From Mobula hypostoma (lineage: Eukaryota), in assembly GCF_963921235.1 (NCBI RefSeq), contig NC_086097.1, positions 202,370,001-202,434,000 on the forward strand: DNA of 64,000 nucleotides, written 5' to 3'. Of this stretch, positions 60,709-64,000 are shown piece by piece (position 1 is the stretch's first letter; each line of letters starts with the position of its first letter). Below the pieces are notes generated by a model. It had not been told where the DNA came from and did no database searches. It was given only the letters and a program-made list of their open reading frames with translations. A program made the translations under genes and the position numbers.

Positions 60709-63089
60709 TTCCTTCCTTTTTAAGGAAATAAATTTGAATTGCTTCTCAAAGGAACAGTTTATGTCAGACCAAATGGAATTGTCTGCATCAATTTTGCTGG
60801 AAGAATTTAGCAAATACTACTACTGTTTTATTCCAAATTAATTTGTAACATTTCCAGCTTTCAGCTGCCTAACAGATAAATTACATGAGGTTACTTTGGG
60901 TTACAGGTTTATAAATTCATTGCTTATGTGGGCAATGATTTGCAAATATCACACACTGTAAAATCGGACATAAAAATGAGCTCAAAATCGCAATATCATT
61001 GGAAGTGTGTGATATAGTAAAGTTCATATCATCCATTTGGGTAGTATTATTTCTCAGTGATCAATCATTTTATTAATATTCAGTAAACCTACAAAGGTTA
61101 TCATCCATCAACATATTGGGCATTAGCTTTGTTCTTGCATTTTCTGGTATTTGAGCCCAACGCGCAATTGGCTGGAAAATGTAGACCCTTTCTTCCTCTT
61201 GAAACCAGTGACAGTGAGTATTGGTATCATGGACCCTATTCTTCCAGATAATATGAATGCAAGCAATATGTAAAATATATGGTGTTGAATTTGGCCTCTT
61301 TGACACATGGGTTTTGATTGCCTCAGAGACTGAATTGGTTTCAATTTAGTATCAGCTAGGTTCACAAACATTATGTTCATATTGACCAGTTTTCTTAATT
61401 CATTCACACGATCTAAGTATTTCTGCCAAGGTTATCACTTAGTGCTGGTCACTAAGGTAGTAGTGAGCTACTCTGGCTGATTTCCTTGTAGTACCAGTGC
61501 TCCCACACTGTTAACAGGTTGAGACGGTTGGGAAGAGCAATTGCATCTATGATATCTTGCCAGACATGAGTACTTTGGTTACCATTCTTCTGGAGTGAGT
61601 CAAAATCATGAGAATGAAGAAATAGCACACACAACAAACTAGCATGTTAGAAGAGGAGGAGGCCTTATCAGTCAGGAGCATTCAGAAAGCAATATGCTCC
61701 TTACTTCAATATGGAATTTCTAAATGAGAAATGCTACTTATGGCAAGCACAGAACAGACCTAGAACTGCCTTTCTAACAAATGTTAAGATCAAAATGGTT
61801 ATGGTTTTACTGTTCTACTGGCTTGGAACAGGACAGAAGATGTCTCTAATATTTCATCCTGATTACCTGCTTGGGAGAGAGAGATGTATTAGCAGGGGTT
61901 GAAGAATGTGTTTGGATGATGGGACAGACATGGTTGATTACCTGGTAATCAGCTCAACCGATGAGGTGTCACTGTATGTGTTTCATTTTGGTTAATAGGT
62001 GAGTTGTGAGGGTGGGGTGGTTGAGCAGTGTTAGGGGCTAATGGTGCATTTGGTGGGGAATGGTATTAGAAAATGTATTCACTAACTTTGACAAGCATGT
62101 GAAAACAATGCAAGTTTGGCAGAATTGCATCCAAGCTCCAGCAATGTTACATATATATCCTCCCACTGTCAAGGAGGCCTCCTGACCCCATTCAATCAGA
62201 GTATTTCTCTGTTTCTTTGTCCAGTTTGTCAGTCAAGATCTCTAGTGCTGCCTTAGAAAGTTGGAGCATCCAATCTCAGACATGATGTGCTACCTCTTGT
62301 AGCAAATTCCAAAGATCTTCGGAACTGCAAATGCCTCCTTTGCAGCCATAGTCCACCTCCTCTTCAATCAGCAAAAGCTAGTGTGAACTAGTGCTGTACA
62401 CTGCCAACATCAGGCTCTCTGGCAGAAATCTAAGATGTTCAGCAGCATGATTGGCATGGCCTGGACTGGTTTCTGAAATCACGCTATTGAGCAGATAGCA
62501 TAGTTTCTTGGCACTGGTTCAAACGTGTAGAGTCACGCTTTGTGATTCCTGAGCACATTTTCATAAGGTGTTTCATTTTAACCCTATATTTATTTTTAAC
62601 AAAATGCTTTCTACTGAGAAAAGGCAAATATTTTGTCTGAAAATTAAAATGACATTTTTTCATGAATATTTTTTGGTGCATCCACCAAACCATCCATAAA
62701 GGAAAAACAGAAAAAGAAGGGATTGTCATGTAACAAAGAGGGGAAAAAAAGTTGAACAAATTAAAAAAAATGGAAGAACCCTCTGGTAGTCAAAAAGATG
62801 TACCTGGTGGGACAATGGCAGAGATATTTCACAGAGTTATACAATCTTTTAATTAGCATGTTATATTTCATATCAAAAGATTGTATAATTCTGTGAAATA
62901 TAACATGCTAATCAAAAGGTTGTATAAATCTGTGAAGGGATTAAAGGTGGATGACGTAGAGAAATTATGTGGGGCAGCTGAAGAAAAATTAGTGGATTTC
63001 AAATAGGGTGAGAACCAGGCCTTGATGGCTTTTCTCCGAGTTTGCTGAAAGAAACTAGAGAAAATAGAGAAGGCAATCAGTGCTACCTT

Positions 63090-63379
63090 TCAGACATCCT
63101 TGGGTTATGCCAAGGGAAGGGATAGCCAGGTATTTAAAAACCTGTTAGATGAATGTTGGTAAAGATTAGCTTCTAAAGGCCGCAAACTGAATATGATTGA
63201 TATTCACTTTGAAAGAATTACACTGTTTAAGGAGAGTCAGACATCCTTGGGTTATGACAAGGGAAGGGATAGCCAGGTATTTAAAAACTTGATAGATGAA
63301 TGTTGGTAAAGATTAGCTTCTAAAGACCACAAACTGAATATGATTGACATTCACTTTGAAAGAATTACATTTTATAAGG
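63090..63379. repeat. Tandem duplication, period 147 bp (63090-63232 and 63237-63379)
   Basis: tcagacatccttgggttatg...ctttgaaagaattaca occurs twice with scattered substitutions. Confidence 0.95.
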
Positions 63380-64000
63380 TGTTTCTAATAAAGTAATGTA
63401 CTTTATATAAAGTATTGATGAAATTCTATTTCAGAACTTTGTTGATGTGACTTAAAACAAGTTTAGTTGCCTGAGTATGAAGTCAAAAAACAAAGTTAGA
63501 TCATAGTGCCTTTTACAGACTGAATTAAAGTTAAAAAATTATATTGTTATTTTTCAGGAAAAGATGGAAATGTTTGAAAGTAAAGTTATTAAAAAGATGT
63601 CAGGAGTGGACAGGGAAAGTTGGAATAAGTGGGAAGAACATTTGTGAGTCCATCAAAGGATTTTGAAATTAAATAGCTTCTCGAGTAATTTCAAGCAATT
63701 TAAAGCATTAAATTGCTTGCTTAATCTAGTGAATCTTACTTAATTTTCCTTTGCTTTATTTTGCTCTGCCTCGCCTTGATGTGTAAAGCCTTTAACTTGT
63801 GATGGCTGGCTGTTCCATTGTTGTGGGCAAGCTGATATTAATCCTATGCCCATCCAATATGCAGATAGTTCAATCAGAAATTTGAAACTGACATCTCAGC
63901 TGACTATTCTTTCCCCCTCTTCGGAATATTGCAACAAATTGTAAAACAGCCCCTTGCCCAGTGGCAACCTTGCCTAAACGGTTGGCAAAAAATAAATCAG

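Overview
Eukaryotic (vertebrate) genomic DNA. The repeat content (CR1, Rex1/Babar, V-SINE, Penelope, L1, HERO) suggests a cartilaginous fish such as a ray; this is an inference. The window lies inside the alpha-dystrobrevin gene (DTNA, + strand). Seven coding exons, all flanked by AG and GT and in compatible phase, encode the N-terminal 292 codons (EF-hand region and ZZ zinc finger); the gene continues past the window. The introns are packed with retroelement remains. The most notable are: (i) two Penelope-like insertions built as inverted-repeat hairpins, carrying minimal hammerhead ribozymes and 14-bp target duplications; (ii) a HERO-type RLE retrotransposon inserted at the end of a CR1 ORF1 with a 40-bp target duplication, inside a multi-layer nest of CR1 elements; (iii) an L1 with a twin-priming 5' inversion; (iv) several template-switch or fold-back scars. 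No prokaryotic features, CRISPR arrays, rRNA genes or intact tRNA genes were seen. Exon and TSD coordinates were counted by hand; the ends of decayed repeats are approximate.
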